DNA of 64,000 bases from an uncultured Clostridium sp. (GCA_964589375.1 CAZPSA010000001.1:1410-65409), one strand, 5' to 3'. Counted from the stretch's first letter, positions 1 to 9,674 are shown. Notes: generated by a model not told the origin, from the sequence alone. Program-made: numbers and translations.

Positions 1-999
1 TGTTCCATCTCTTCTTATCCATGTATTTCTATTAGCATACATTGGTCCCCCACATTTAGGACACCTTAAAATTCCAGTTAACAAATGAGCTTTATTTTTA
101 CCAAATCTTGGAGGATTTGCAACGCCAGTTTTAAGTCTTTTTTTGTATGCTTTTTGCCATAATTCTTCATCAATTATAGCTTCATGTTGACCATCAGCTA
201 AAATATAGTTATCTTTGTTAACAGTCCTATATTGATTTTTAGTTCCTTTTATTTTTTCTCTTCCTCTTCTACCGAAAGCAATTTTACCATAATAAATAGG
301 ATTATCTATAATACGTTTAATTGTAGTAGGAGTCCATAATTCTAAATATCCATTATGGTGTGCTACTTTTTTTATTCCTTGATAATTTAAATATTTAGCT
401 ACTCCTCCTAACCCTAATCTTGTATTACTAAATATTTCAAATATTTTTTTAATTGCTTCAGCTTCTTCTTCAACAATATAGATTTTTCCATGTTCTAAAA
501 CATATCCATATGGAGCAAATCCTCCATTCCACAAACCTTGACGTGCTTTTTCTCTTCTACCATTCATGGTTTGTTCTATAATGTTTTCTCTTTCTATCTC
601 TGCTACAGCTGATAGAATCGATATTAATAGTTTACCACTTGTTTGTGAAGAATCAATGCCTTCATCAATACATATTAAATTAACATCATATGATTGTATA
701 AATTCTAATGAATTTAATATATCAGCTGCATTTCTTCCAAAACGAGATAGTTTATAAACCAAAACATAATCAACTTTTAAACCTTCATAAATATCTGTTA
801 GCATTCGTTGAAAACTTGGTCTTCCTTCAATTGATTTTCCAGACTTTCCTGCATCTTCATAAATGTTAACAACACTCATTCCTTCTCTCTCTGCAAATTT
901 AGTTAATCCTGTTCTTTGCCCATCAAGGCTAAAACCATCAATTTGCATTTCTGTACTAACTCTTAAATAGATGACACATTTTTTTCCTTCACGATTCAT
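1..999 (-). CDS. Large serine recombinase (TnpX/TndX/CcrB-like), first 333 codons; the C-terminus runs off the window
   Basis: Own translation from the ATG at 997-999 gives MNREGKKCVIYLRVSTEMQIDGFSLDGQ..., with the resolvase catalytic-Ser motif YxRVST. It continues with ...GKLLISILSAVAEIERENI..., a recombinase domain, and the Zn-ribbon LLTGILRCPKCGGPMY. The frame is open to base 1, and it is absent from the ORF track because there is no stop inside the window. Confidence 0.9.
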   Translation of the reverse strand, partial: MNREGKKCVIYLRVSTEMQIDGFSLDGQRTGLTKFAEREGMSVVNIYEDAGKSGKSIEGRPSFQRMLTDIYEGLKVDYVLVYKLSRFGRNAADILNSLEFIQSYDVNLICIDEGIDSSQTSGKLLISILSAVAEIERENIIEQTMNGRREKARQGLWNGGFAPYGYVLEHGKIYIVEEEAEAIKKIFEIFSNTRLGLGGVAKYLNYQGIKKVAHHNGYLELWTPTTIKRIIDNPIYYGKIAFGRRGREKIKGTKNQYRTVNKDNYILADGQHEAIIDEELWQKAYKKRLKTGVANPPRFGKNKAHLLTGILRCPKCGGPMYANRNTWIRRDGT

Positions 1000-1008
1000 A
1001 CTATGCTC

Positions 1009-1176
1009 CTATTTTTTTAAAATCCTGTTTCCATATTTTATTAATAAATAAGCAAGATATTCTACAAATTCTTCGTATCTTTCTTGTTCTTCTGGTGTAC
1101 TCATTTTTTTACTTATTTTGCTTTTTTTAGTTTTAGGTAATATTTCTTGCTTTTTTTCTTCTAGTAAATTACCTAT
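1009..1176 (-). CDS. Small 55-aa protein directly upstream of the recombinase (possible directionality or accessory factor); apparent ATA start
   Basis: A perfect SD AGGAGG (1185-1190) is followed after 8 nt by in-frame ATA-GGT-AAT. The open frame reads (I/M)GNLLEEKKQEILPKTKKSKISKKMSTPEEQERYEEFVEYLAYLLIKYGNRILKK. The first ATG (31-aa version) has no SD. It is too short for the ORF track. Confidence 0.3.
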   Translation of the reverse strand: MGNLLEEKKQEILPKTKKSKISKKMSTPEEQERYEEFVEYLAYLLIKYGNRILKK

Positions 1177-1221
1177 ACTCTTGTCCTCCTTTCTTTTGTG
1201 ATGACAGAGTATAAGTAGTTA

Positions 1222-1264
1222 CGCTACTAAAACTCCATCATCAGATGTATTTCTTTTAGTAGCG
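1222..1264. repeat. Perfect 11-bp inverted repeat CGCTACTAAAA / TTTTAGTAGCG with a 21-nt spacer
   Basis: Read directly at 1222-1232 and 1254-1264. It lies between a terminator and the SD of the recombinase-proximal small ORF. It could be an operator, a recombinase-associated site or an RNA hairpin. Confidence 0.6.
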
Positions 1265-1286
1265 CTCCTAGAGAACACGAACTAAT

Positions 1287-1318
1287 AAATATTAATAAAA
1301 GGGGATTTCATCTCCCCT
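1287..1318 (-). terminator. Rho-independent terminator after the 77-aa gene
   Basis: The minus strand reads AGGGGA-GATGAAA-TCCCCT followed by TTTTATTAAT. Confidence 0.55.
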
Positions 1319-1326
1319 AAATCAAG

Positions 1327-1560
1327 CTATTTAGTGTCATTCGACAAATTATTACAAGTTTCTTTTAACGCTTCATAGCCTGCATAAATTAAGTCAATTT
1401 TTCTAATGTTATGTTTTTCAAGAAACTCATTTATCTCATCATACTTTTCTTTTGGAAGTCTAGTATTAAATTGAGTAGTAGCCTTTAATCTTTCTTCCTT
1501 ATTTCTTTCTTCATAACTTCTTCTTGCATTTCTTAGTGGTGTATCTTCTTTTCTTGGCAT
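1327..1560 (-). CDS. Small ribbon-helix-helix-like protein (ICE accessory or regulator)
   Basis: The SD TAGGAGGAAT precedes the ATG. The segment QFNTRLPKEKYDEINEFLEKHNIRKIDLIYAGYEAL has a strand-helix-helix pattern typical of CopG/MobC-type proteins. Function is not established. Confidence 0.5.
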   Translation of the reverse strand: MPRKEDTPLRNARRSYEERNKEERLKATTQFNTRLPKEKYDEINEFLEKHNIRKIDLIYAGYEALKETCNNLSNDTK

Positions 1561-1572
1561 AACTAATTCCTC

Positions 1573-1689
1573 CTATTTTATTATTGCACTTACAAATAAT
1601 GTTGCTATATTTAATATAATATTACAAGCTAGTGCTACAACCATGATTCCAACTTTACCTATAAATCCTAATACTTTTAATACTTTCAT
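1573..1689 (-). CDS. 38-aa hydrophobic peptide, translationally coupled (ATGA overlap) to the upstream ORF
   Basis: Own translation gives MKVLKVLGFIGKVGIMVVALACNIILNIATLFVSAIIK. Its start overlaps the TGA of ORF 1686..1886, and its stop sits in the SD of the next gene. Confidence 0.4.
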   Translation of the reverse strand: MKVLKVLGFIGKVGIMVVALACNIILNIATLFVSAIIK

Positions 1690-1886
1690 TGTTTTTCTTC
1701 TCCTTCTTCTTTATTTACTAGGTTCTTTAATTCAGCTATAACTACAGAAATTTCTTTATCTAATATGTTTACGACTAATAAATATAAATCCATTTCTTGT
1801 GGCGAACAAAATTCATTCCCTAGTCTATATCTTATTTCATGTAATTTTTCTAATGTATCTACTTGATCTATTACTGCAACTTCCAT
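1686..1886 (-). CDS. Hypothetical 66-aa ICE protein
   Basis: ORF track entry, co-oriented and tightly packed in the operon. No motif recognised. Confidence 0.45.
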   Translation of the reverse strand: MEVAVIDQVDTLEKLHEIRYRLGNEFCSPQEMDLYLLVVNILDKEISVVIAELKNLVNKEEGEEKQ

Positions 1887-1900
1887 TTCTTAAGTTTCTC

Positions 1901-2314
1901 CTATTCTACATATACTAATTCATTTAATATGACTTCTTCAATTTCTTTTTGAATTGCATTTTCTATTTGAACATTCTTTAAGAAATCTTCAGTCTTTTGG
2001 TTTTCAGGTTTAGCTGATAGGTTATTATACATTACTTCATAAATCTCATCAGCTTGTTTGTCTATGTTATGCAAGTAAGTTGGTAAATTTCCACCTAGTG
2101 ATAAATACTTTCCAAAATTATGCTCTTCTAAATACTTTTTAGCAAGTGTTCCATACTTTCCATAGACATGTTTAACAGGTTTTACATTATTTTGATAAAT
2201 GATTATTTCCTCAACTGTTAGCCCTTCATCAGCTTCTACTTTTCTTAAAATTTCCGTTTTTAGCATATTTTCACCTATCATCCTTTCTACACTTATATTA
2301 TATCGTGATATCAC
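1901..2314 (-). CDS. TnpV-like protein (family first seen in Tn4451-type serine-recombinase elements)
   Basis: YGKYGTLAKKYLEEHNFGKYLSLGGNLPTYLHNIDKQADEIYEVM matches my memory of the TnpV pattern (GKYG..L..YL.EH...Y..L...G.L..HL..ID..A). The true start may be an internal Met. Confidence 0.55.
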   Translation of the reverse strand: MISRYNISVERMIGENMLKTEILRKVEADEGLTVEEIIIYQNNVKPVKHVYGKYGTLAKKYLEEHNFGKYLSLGGNLPTYLHNIDKQADEIYEVMYNNLSAKPENQKTEDFLKNVQIENAIQKEIEEVILNELVYVE

Positions 2315-2344
2315 GATAAAGTCAAGTATTATGTTAAATATTTT

Positions 2345-5300
2345 TTAACTTAATAAAATCGCAATTCCTTTAACTAAATAAGGTAAAGCAACCAAAATTA
2401 CAAAGATCGCAACGATACCAATTATGTAATTTACTAACATTTTTTTAGCTTTTACTTTGTCTTCATTCTTTTGTGCAACCGCATATGCTACACCCATTCC
2501 AATACTCCAAAGTCCAGCTGTTGCTGTAAAAACGTATATAATATAAGGACTATATTTATTAACTAAATCAATAATATAAGTTGCTACTTTATCATATTGA
2601 TCCCCAAGTGCTTCACTATAATTATCACCACAATCACTACATTTATATGTTCTTTCTACTACTCCATTTTTATTAGATTCATTTAAAAGTTGATAATTAT
2701 GTCCTGTAGCTGGAATGATAATTTCATATTCATCACCACATTTTGGACAATAATATCTTCTTTTTCCTTCATTAACACAGTCTGATTCTTTTAATATTTC
2801 AGTTTCATAAGCGTGCCCTACTGGTAATATTTCATTAGTTTGATATTCACTTGAACAAAACATACAACTATAAAATGTCCCTCCACTTTTAGTACAAGTT
2901 GGTTCACGATTAGTTTCTATATACTTATGTCCTATTGCTAAAGTGGTATTATTTTGATATGAGTCACCGCAATAACTACATTCATATTCAGTATATCCAT
3001 TTGTTGTACAAGTTGCTTCAACTACTGTTTTTACATAGTTATGACCAGATGCACTTACATAATTATCATAGTAAATATTACCACATAAAGAACATTCATA
3101 TTCAGTATATCCTTTATCTAAACATGTTGGAGTAACTGTTGTAGTCAAATAACTATGACTACCAAATCCAACACTTTCTGAATAAGTATAGCCACATAAA
3201 CTACATTTATATGTAATACTGCCTTCTTCTTCACAACTACCCACTTTATTAGTTATTTCATAATCATGACCTAAAACATCAACATAATTATCATCATATG
3301 AGTATCCACAATCTAAGCACTCATAATGAGTATATCCCTTATTCATACAATTTGCTTCGTATGTAGTTTCTTCATAATTATGAGGTAGTTTATCAATATA
3401 GTCTCCTTTCCATTCAGTTAAGCAAACATCACAGAAATATAATGTATAACCTTGTGATGAACAAGTAGGATTTACAACTTCTTTTTCAGTTTTATTATGG
3501 TCTCCAATTCCAGTCCAGTTTCCATTAATTACTACATCACAATATTTACATTTATTAATTGTATAACCTTCTTGTTGACATGTTGCTTCCACACTTCCTG
3601 CAACATAAAATTCATGATCTATTGCATCTACAACATTTCCTTCCCACTGTGTAAGACAGTAATCACAATGATATAAAGTATATCCATCTTCTTCACAAGT
3701 TGGAGCAACCACCTCAATTACAACAGGCACATGGTCTCCTATTCCAGTCCAGTTACCATTAATTACTACATCACAGTTTTTACATTTATTAATAGTATAA
3801 CCTTCAGCTTGGCAAGTTGCAGCAACACTTCCTGCAACATAAAACTCATGTTCTAAAGCATCTACATAATCACTTTTCCATTGATGTAAACAATATTCAC
3901 ATTGATATAAAGTGTATCCTTTTTCATCACAAGTTGGATTTACTACCTCAATTACTTCAGGAATGTGGTCACCAATTCCAGTCCAATTCCCATAAATTAC
4001 TCCATCACAAGTAAGACATTCATTAATCGAATAACCTTCTGCTAGACAAGTTGCTTCAACCCAACCAGTTATTACCCATTTGTGGTCGATAGTAACATTG
4101 TATGTTGTTGTCTTTCCATTTTGTGCAATAACAACAATTTCATAATCTCCTTCTTCAGTTAACTTACCACCGCTAAAATACTCCATTCCATTAACACCTA
4201 CTGTATAAGTGTTATCAAACCAAGTAAGCATATAGTGGTTTGTTTCTTCATCATATTGGATTAAAATTTCTGGTGCTTCTTGAGAAAATTCTACAAACTT
4301 TTCACCACTTCTATTTCCAAACTCATCTTCTGCATAAAAGTAATAAATACCCTCATCCATATCATAAGTTATATCAATATAATTATTACTCAATACACAA
4401 TAATCTAAATCATTTGGTCCTTTATAATAAAGTTCACAAACACTATCATCTTCAGCTGTTACTCTAAATTCAAATTGAGTAGTTGTTCCAAAAGTAGCAC
4501 CTTCTACAGTTAAAACTGGTGATTCATTATCAAGTGTTACTGAATAAGTTGATGAACGATTTCCTGCATAATCATAACAATAAAACGAATATTTACCACT
4601 TGCAAGATATTGAGTTGAAGTACTTGCTGCAACATAACTTGTAGCTCCTGGCATTAAAACATAAGCACTTCTTACTCCAGTTCCTGTTCCATTTACGGAA
4701 TAATAAATATAATCTCCACTTACAACAGATCCATCTGCAACAACTCCACTTTCAGTATAAAGTAACATTGTTGGTGCTTTAGTATCATAATTCATAGTTT
4801 TAATTAATGAATAGTTTCCTGCGTTATCTCTTGTTCTAAAATAATAAGTTCCATTAGTAGATACAAGAGTTAATACTTCAGTTGGATATTCTTCCCATAC
4901 ATTATCCATTGGAGTCTTCCATTCCATTATTTTTACTCCACTATCTGCATCTGTTGCACTATAAAAGAATTGAGCATTCGTATAAGCTGATGAAATAGTT
5001 ACTCCTTTTGAATTAGTAATTACTCCAGTAGGCGGTGTTTCATCATAATAAACATAATGGATTTCACTTTCGTTTCCACTATTGTCTACTGCATAAAATG
5101 AATATAATCCATTAACTCCATTTGTTATTTCACAAGGATTAGGACATGCAGTAAAACTAGTTGCATTTGGATTTTTAATATACAAGTTTTTAAGTCCACT
5201 TCCAGAGTCTGTGGCTGATACTTCAAAATCACTTATTTCATAATAAGTTTTAGATGTTGATGCACCAGTTATTACTGGAGCGTTCCCATCAACTTGAAAT

Positions 5301-5854
5301 GAATAAGTAACAGAAAACGTTGCTGATTGCTTTGTATAAACTGGATAACTTGTAAAATAATCTTCTCCATACCAAACTAAATTAATATAGTAAGATCCAT
5401 CTTCTAGATTTCCACTAAACAAAGTTGTAGGTTGAGATGCAGTTGTACTACTTGCTACAACTGTTCCATTTACATTTCTTACTGAATATGAATTAATCTT
5501 ATTTGTTCTATTAATATTATAATCAGTTTCTACTGCTATTGTAATATCATTAAAATCAAATAAATGTCCACTATTTGCAGTCTCTACAGTTGATGTATGA
5601 GATGAACCATAAATATATAATTCTAATGATCTTTGATTATGTCCACCAAAAGTAAGTGTTGTAGATGTTCCAGAAGTTACTTGTGGTGTACTCATTCCAT
5701 ACGAACTATAAGTTTCGGTATAATCCATATTTAAAATATATTTATTTGTAGATGCAGCATTTACCTCTACACAATTTGGTCTAATCACTACATTAGTAAT
5801 TAAAGCCAGTGTTAAAAATAATGATAAAAATAAACCTTTTAATACTTTTTTCAA
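2345..5854 (-). CDS. 1169-aa surface protein: signal peptide, Ig-like repeats, ~14 Cys3-His modules and a C-terminal pilin-like two-TM hairpin
   Basis: The N-terminus MKKVLKGLFLSLFLTLALI is a signal peptide. Repeated SATD(S/A)(G/D)SG(L/V)K motifs fit Ig-like domains (aa ~190-590). Residues 599-1080 are repeats of TC...GYT.Y.C..C..Y......GH. Residues 1095-1169 resemble the 99-aa protein at 9745..10044. Confidence 0.85.
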   Translation of the reverse strand: MKKVLKGLFLSLFLTLALITNVVIRPNCVEVNAASTNKYILNMDYTETYSSYGMSTPQVTSGTSTTLTFGGHNQRSLELYIYGSSHTSTVETANSGHLFDFNDITIAVETDYNINRTNKINSYSVRNVNGTVVASSTTASQPTTLFSGNLEDGSYYINLVWYGEDYFTSYPVYTKQSATFSVTYSFQVDGNAPVITGASTSKTYYEISDFEVSATDSGSGLKNLYIKNPNATSFTACPNPCEITNGVNGLYSFYAVDNSGNESEIHYVYYDETPPTGVITNSKGVTISSAYTNAQFFYSATDADSGVKIMEWKTPMDNVWEEYPTEVLTLVSTNGTYYFRTRDNAGNYSLIKTMNYDTKAPTMLLYTESGVVADGSVVSGDYIYYSVNGTGTGVRSAYVLMPGATSYVAASTSTQYLASGKYSFYCYDYAGNRSSTYSVTLDNESPVLTVEGATFGTTTQFEFRVTAEDDSVCELYYKGPNDLDYCVLSNNYIDITYDMDEGIYYFYAEDEFGNRSGEKFVEFSQEAPEILIQYDEETNHYMLTWFDNTYTVGVNGMEYFSGGKLTEEGDYEIVVIAQNGKTTTYNVTIDHKWVITGWVEATCLAEGYSINECLTCDGVIYGNWTGIGDHIPEVIEVVNPTCDEKGYTLYQCEYCLHQWKSDYVDALEHEFYVAGSVAATCQAEGYTINKCKNCDVVINGNWTGIGDHVPVVIEVVAPTCEEDGYTLYHCDYCLTQWEGNVVDAIDHEFYVAGSVEATCQQEGYTINKCKYCDVVINGNWTGIGDHNKTEKEVVNPTCSSQGYTLYFCDVCLTEWKGDYIDKLPHNYEETTYEANCMNKGYTHYECLDCGYSYDDNYVDVLGHDYEITNKVGSCEEEGSITYKCSLCGYTYSESVGFGSHSYLTTTVTPTCLDKGYTEYECSLCGNIYYDNYVSASGHNYVKTVVEATCTTNGYTEYECSYCGDSYQNNTTLAIGHKYIETNREPTCTKSGGTFYSCMFCSSEYQTNEILPVGHAYETEILKESDCVNEGKRRYYCPKCGDEYEIIIPATGHNYQLLNESNKNGVVERTYKCSDCGDNYSEALGDQYDKVATYIIDLVNKYSPYIIYVFTATAGLWSIGMGVAYAVAQKNEDKVKAKKMLVNYIIGIVAIFVILVALPYLVKGIAILLS
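3365..4060 (-). repeat. Three diverged tandem copies of a ~234-bp (78-aa, two Cys-module) unit inside the surface-protein gene
   Basis: Residues 599-830 read VEATCLAEGYSINEC..WTGIGDH..VVNPTCDEKGYTLYQCEYC..HEFYVAGS three times, at a visually high but uncomputed identity. Confidence 0.8.
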
Positions 5855-5856
5855 AA

Positions 5857-8487
5857 TTACATATCCTCCCTATTTTGTTCAAAAAGTTTTTTCACATAAT
5901 CACCTGTAGTTATCTTTATTGCAGCTCTTAATTCGGTTGAGCCAATAAAGAATACTTGTCCAGTTACAGCTGATATTATCATTCTTTGTTCTTCATCATT
6001 AAAACTATCTCCTGCCTTATAAATATCTAGTACATCTTTCATGTCTGGAGCTGATAGTTTAAAAATAAATGTATATTGACTATTTTTTAGAATTGTTGAA
6101 GTCTTACTTCTTAACTCTTCATTTCCATTCCAGTCTGCTATATTTTGAGTTGCTGGAATAAATGAACCATTATATTTTCGAATTCTTTTATTCATTTGAT
6201 AAAAGAAATCAAGTGCTATTGGAAATTTAGCATCAATGAAAAGGTGTGCTTCATCACAAACTATCATTGTTCTTAAATTGTTTCCATTTTTATTTAACTC
6301 TCTTGCATTAATTACTTCTTGTTCAATAAATCTAAAAATTAAAAGCATTTGTGCATTTGCAACTACATTATTCTTATTTGCAAACAATGATTGAAAGTTA
6401 AAATCAATTAAACTTGAATCAACTTCTAAAGTTGATGGTGCATTCCAAATATCAGAATATCTACCACTTACAAACTTTTGTAAATAAAGTTCTGCAGTTC
6501 TTAAATCTCTTAAAGTTAAAGAATCTAAATTAGTAGTATCTTTTGATTTTAACACATTTAAAAGGTCAGTAAATATTGGATAATCTTCTGCATGTAAATG
6601 AGTACAATCAGTAGTTTCAAGTATTCCTTTTTTCTCATATGCCTCTACTATTAAATTATTAATTAACTCAATTACATCATTACTTGCACCAACTAATACT
6701 ATCTTAAAGAAAGACTCTAACATCTTAAGATGTGTATTAAAGGTTACAACTGGATCTGCTCTTGTTCCATCTTCTGTTAAGATTTTATAAATATGAAATG
6801 GATTAATTCTTCCTTCTTTTGCATTACCAACATCTATTACATTTCCACTTAAATTTTTAGTTAGAGTGATGTATTCTGCTTCTGGGTCACAAATAATTAC
6901 TCTTGTGTTATTTGCCCACTCATTTGTAATTAAACTTTTTAAGAAAAATGATTTACCACTTCCACTTTTTCCAATTATCATTGCATTTGAATTTTGATAA
7001 AGGTTCCCTCTTTTCCATAAGTTAAAAATAAATGGATAATTATTGTTTTTATTTTCACCTAACATAATTCCACCTTCATCCATAACAAATGTTCTAACAA
7101 ATGGAAATACTGCAGCAAGTGATGAACTATTAATTCCTCTTTCTTGTTGAGTTAAAGTTGAAATAGGTGAGATGTTTGCTGACTTAAATCCTTCTACTTG
7201 TAAACCATATAAAGTTGAAGGTCTAAAGTTACCAAGTAACATTGCTCGTCTAACACTTTTTTTATAGTTAGAATCATCTAAATAATTATAAGCAGTCAGT
7301 GTTAAAGTCACATCAAATAGAGTTTCATTTTCAGCTTGTAAACTATCAAGTAAACTATTCATAGACTCTCTATGAATTTCAGCAGAATTTGCTTCACTTG
7401 CTTTTTCACTCATGATTTCTTTTGTTTCCATTTCTGAAATACATTTATCAATTCTTTTAATTGCTTTGTATTTTTCTACTGGTTTAAAATGTAATACTGC
7501 TTTTGTATTTGGGATATTAAATAATTCACTACCCCAAGCATTTTTAACACGTAGCGGAAAATCACTTACCGCAAGACAACTTGCATCTACTCCATCAATC
7601 ACATAATGATTTGAAAAGAATTCAACTTCATTTGGTTTAACCCAGTTTACTAATTCTTCATCACTAATATCTTTTACTTCTCTTTCATCAAAGTTTCTTG
7701 AATATGAGTATTTTAAAAATACAGCAACATCTCTTCTTTCTAAAATCTTTGTACTTATTCCACATTTATTAATTTCACTTGAAACATTAATTGTTGCGTT
7801 TTCTAAGTCAAGTTCATTCTTCCCATAAATGACGATATAAAAGTCAGATAGGTATTTCTTTCTTATATTATTAAGTCTATCAATTCTATCAATTCTTTCT
7901 CTTAAGATTTCACTTTTAATCTCTTTTAAAAACATGTCATATTCATTTTCTTTAACTTCAGTTAGTCTTTCAAATAACTCTTCAGAAAAATGATCTAAAT
8001 TAACTGGTCTATCAATCTTTACAATATCAGCACATTGTGTGCCATCAAGTTGTTTTAATGCACTAGCAAAGTAATTAATATCTGCATTTTGTTCTACTAA
8101 ATCTTCAATTCCAAAATTCTTTTGTCCTATTTTTATAACTCTACCAAAATATGAATTATTGTATTCAATAACACCATTTTCTTTAATATCTTTTAAAGCA
8201 ATTAAAGTATCAATATTTTCTTTTTCATTTGTAGATGTTTTAGAATATTTTTTCTTTGAGAATATAAACTTAACATTTTCAAATAAGAAAGAATAAAATA
8301 TTCCATCACTTGTAGGCATAAACATAATAACTGAAATAAGTAACATAATTATTGCAAATACCCAAGCATCCATAGTTATAGCAATAAATATAATTGCAAA
8401 TACTATTAATGCTACAATTATATCGGGCATTGAATAACACTTCCATACTGTATTTTTTACTTTTATCTTTTTAGGAATTATTCTCAT
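5857..8487 (-). CDS. VirB4/TraE-type conjugative ATPase with an N-terminal VirB3-like TM segment
   Basis: Walker A is IIGKSGSGKSFFLK and Walker B is MIVCDEAHLF. The N-terminal hydrophobic hairpin is IIVALIVFAIIFIAI...AIIMLLISVIMF. Size is 876 aa. Confidence 0.9.
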   Translation of the reverse strand: MRIIPKKIKVKNTVWKCYSMPDIIVALIVFAIIFIAITMDAWVFAIIMLLISVIMFMPTSDGIFYSFLFENVKFIFSKKKYSKTSTNEKENIDTLIALKDIKENGVIEYNNSYFGRVIKIGQKNFGIEDLVEQNADINYFASALKQLDGTQCADIVKIDRPVNLDHFSEELFERLTEVKENEYDMFLKEIKSEILRERIDRIDRLNNIRKKYLSDFYIVIYGKNELDLENATINVSSEINKCGISTKILERRDVAVFLKYSYSRNFDEREVKDISDEELVNWVKPNEVEFFSNHYVIDGVDASCLAVSDFPLRVKNAWGSELFNIPNTKAVLHFKPVEKYKAIKRIDKCISEMETKEIMSEKASEANSAEIHRESMNSLLDSLQAENETLFDVTLTLTAYNYLDDSNYKKSVRRAMLLGNFRPSTLYGLQVEGFKSANISPISTLTQQERGINSSSLAAVFPFVRTFVMDEGGIMLGENKNNNYPFIFNLWKRGNLYQNSNAMIIGKSGSGKSFFLKSLITNEWANNTRVIICDPEAEYITLTKNLSGNVIDVGNAKEGRINPFHIYKILTEDGTRADPVVTFNTHLKMLESFFKIVLVGASNDVIELINNLIVEAYEKKGILETTDCTHLHAEDYPIFTDLLNVLKSKDTTNLDSLTLRDLRTAELYLQKFVSGRYSDIWNAPSTLEVDSSLIDFNFQSLFANKNNVVANAQMLLIFRFIEQEVINARELNKNGNNLRTMIVCDEAHLFIDAKFPIALDFFYQMNKRIRKYNGSFIPATQNIADWNGNEELRSKTSTILKNSQYTFIFKLSAPDMKDVLDIYKAGDSFNDEEQRMIISAVTGQVFFIGSTELRAAIKITTGDYVKKLFEQNREDM

Positions 8488-9674
8488 TCTCCCCCACCTC
8501 CGGTATCTTCTGATTCCTCATCTTTCTTTTCTTCTACATATTTATCATTTTCATCTTGTTTTTCTTTCTTTTTGTTTTCATTTCTTTTATTAAGTCTTCT
8601 ACTCATTCCACTAATTCCTCTAATGATTTTACTTGCTGTTCCAAAAGTTAAAGCACTCGCAAATCTAGATCCATAGAAAGCACTTCTTAAGAAACTACCT
8701 CCTGCATGCATATCATCAGCTTGTCCAAATAATCTTGCAAATAATGTTTGACCGGCAGGAATTACTAAAGCTCCACCAATTATCATAAAGATTAAAAACA
8801 TTGAGTTTGCAAAGTTTGATACTCCTGGTATCTTCATCTTTGATATAAATGGTAAAATCAAAATAAAGATATTAACTGAAAAGACAGTACCATACGCTAA
8901 AACAATTTTAGTAATAAATGTTTCTCTCCATATTTTAAATCTTGCTCCATCATCAATAGCAATTGTTGACATTGAAACTGGTAAGACAATATAAAGTAAT
9001 ACAATTTCATATACTCTTTTAGCAAGATTTATAATAGCAACTACCATTGCAATCATTAGTCCAATTGATGCTATCATTGAAGGAAGATATAAGAATGTAT
9101 CTGGATTAACCATTCCATTATTTTTCCAACTTGTAGGCCAAATACCAAATGCTGCAGTATTATAATCACCAAAGATTTTTCTAACTGTTAAACTTGAAAT
9201 ATTAATTTCATTAATTGAATAACCATTTACCCAGTCACCAACACAAGCATTAAATATTGAGTTTGATAGTTTTGTTGTATTACCAATTTCAAAGATTTCT
9301 GAAACTAATACTAATATTGCATTTGATATTAAAATACCAAGAATTACAACAACAACCATTGCAAGTGTTCCAAGTAGTGCTAGAAAGAATTTTCCAATAA
9401 TAGTTGTAATATTTCTATTATTAGCTATCATATTCTTTACTAGAGCAACTATTGTAAATATGCAAGTTAGTCCTACTGCTAAAATAAATACACACCAAAA
9501 TATTGTACCAACTGTTGAGTCACCAACTATAAACTCAATAATATTAACTCTTTTCCCTTGATAAGTAACATCAGTTACTCCTGCAATAGCAGAAAAGATT
9601 TCCATAATACCATCAATAACTTTTAAGAACCAAAGAAATAAAAGTAAAATCAACTCTTGAAAAAATATAAGCAT
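8484..9674 (-). CDS. VirB6/TrbL-like polytopic T4SS membrane protein
   Basis: There are about 7 hydrophobic segments and a charged C-terminal tail (KRNENKKKEKQDENDKYVEEKKDEESED). It sits between the pilin-like gene and VirB4, with a 4-nt overlap with VirB4. Confidence 0.6.
   Translation of the reverse strand: MLIFFQELILLLFLWFLKVIDGIMEIFSAIAGVTDVTYQGKRVNIIEFIVGDSTVGTIFWCVFILAVGLTCIFTIVALVKNMIANNRNITTIIGKFFLALLGTLAMVVVVILGILISNAILVLVSEIFEIGNTTKLSNSIFNACVGDWVNGYSINEINISSLTVRKIFGDYNTAAFGIWPTSWKNNGMVNPDTFLYLPSMIASIGLMIAMVVAIINLAKRVYEIVLLYIVLPVSMSTIAIDDGARFKIWRETFITKIVLAYGTVFSVNIFILILPFISKMKIPGVSNFANSMFLIFMIIGGALVIPAGQTLFARLFGQADDMHAGGSFLRSAFYGSRFASALTFGTASKIIRGISGMSRRLNKRNENKKKEKQDENDKYVEEKKDEESEDTGGGGE

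Noticed and set aside
566-757. Plus-strand 63-aa ORF
   Set aside because: It lies antisense inside the serine recombinase coding region and has no SD.
2935-4467. Plus-strand ORFs 2935..3135, 3817..4014 and 4240..4467
   Set aside because: They are antisense to the 1169-aa surface-protein gene. Their His/Leu/Tyr-rich nonsense composition is typical of the reverse frame of AT-rich coding DNA.
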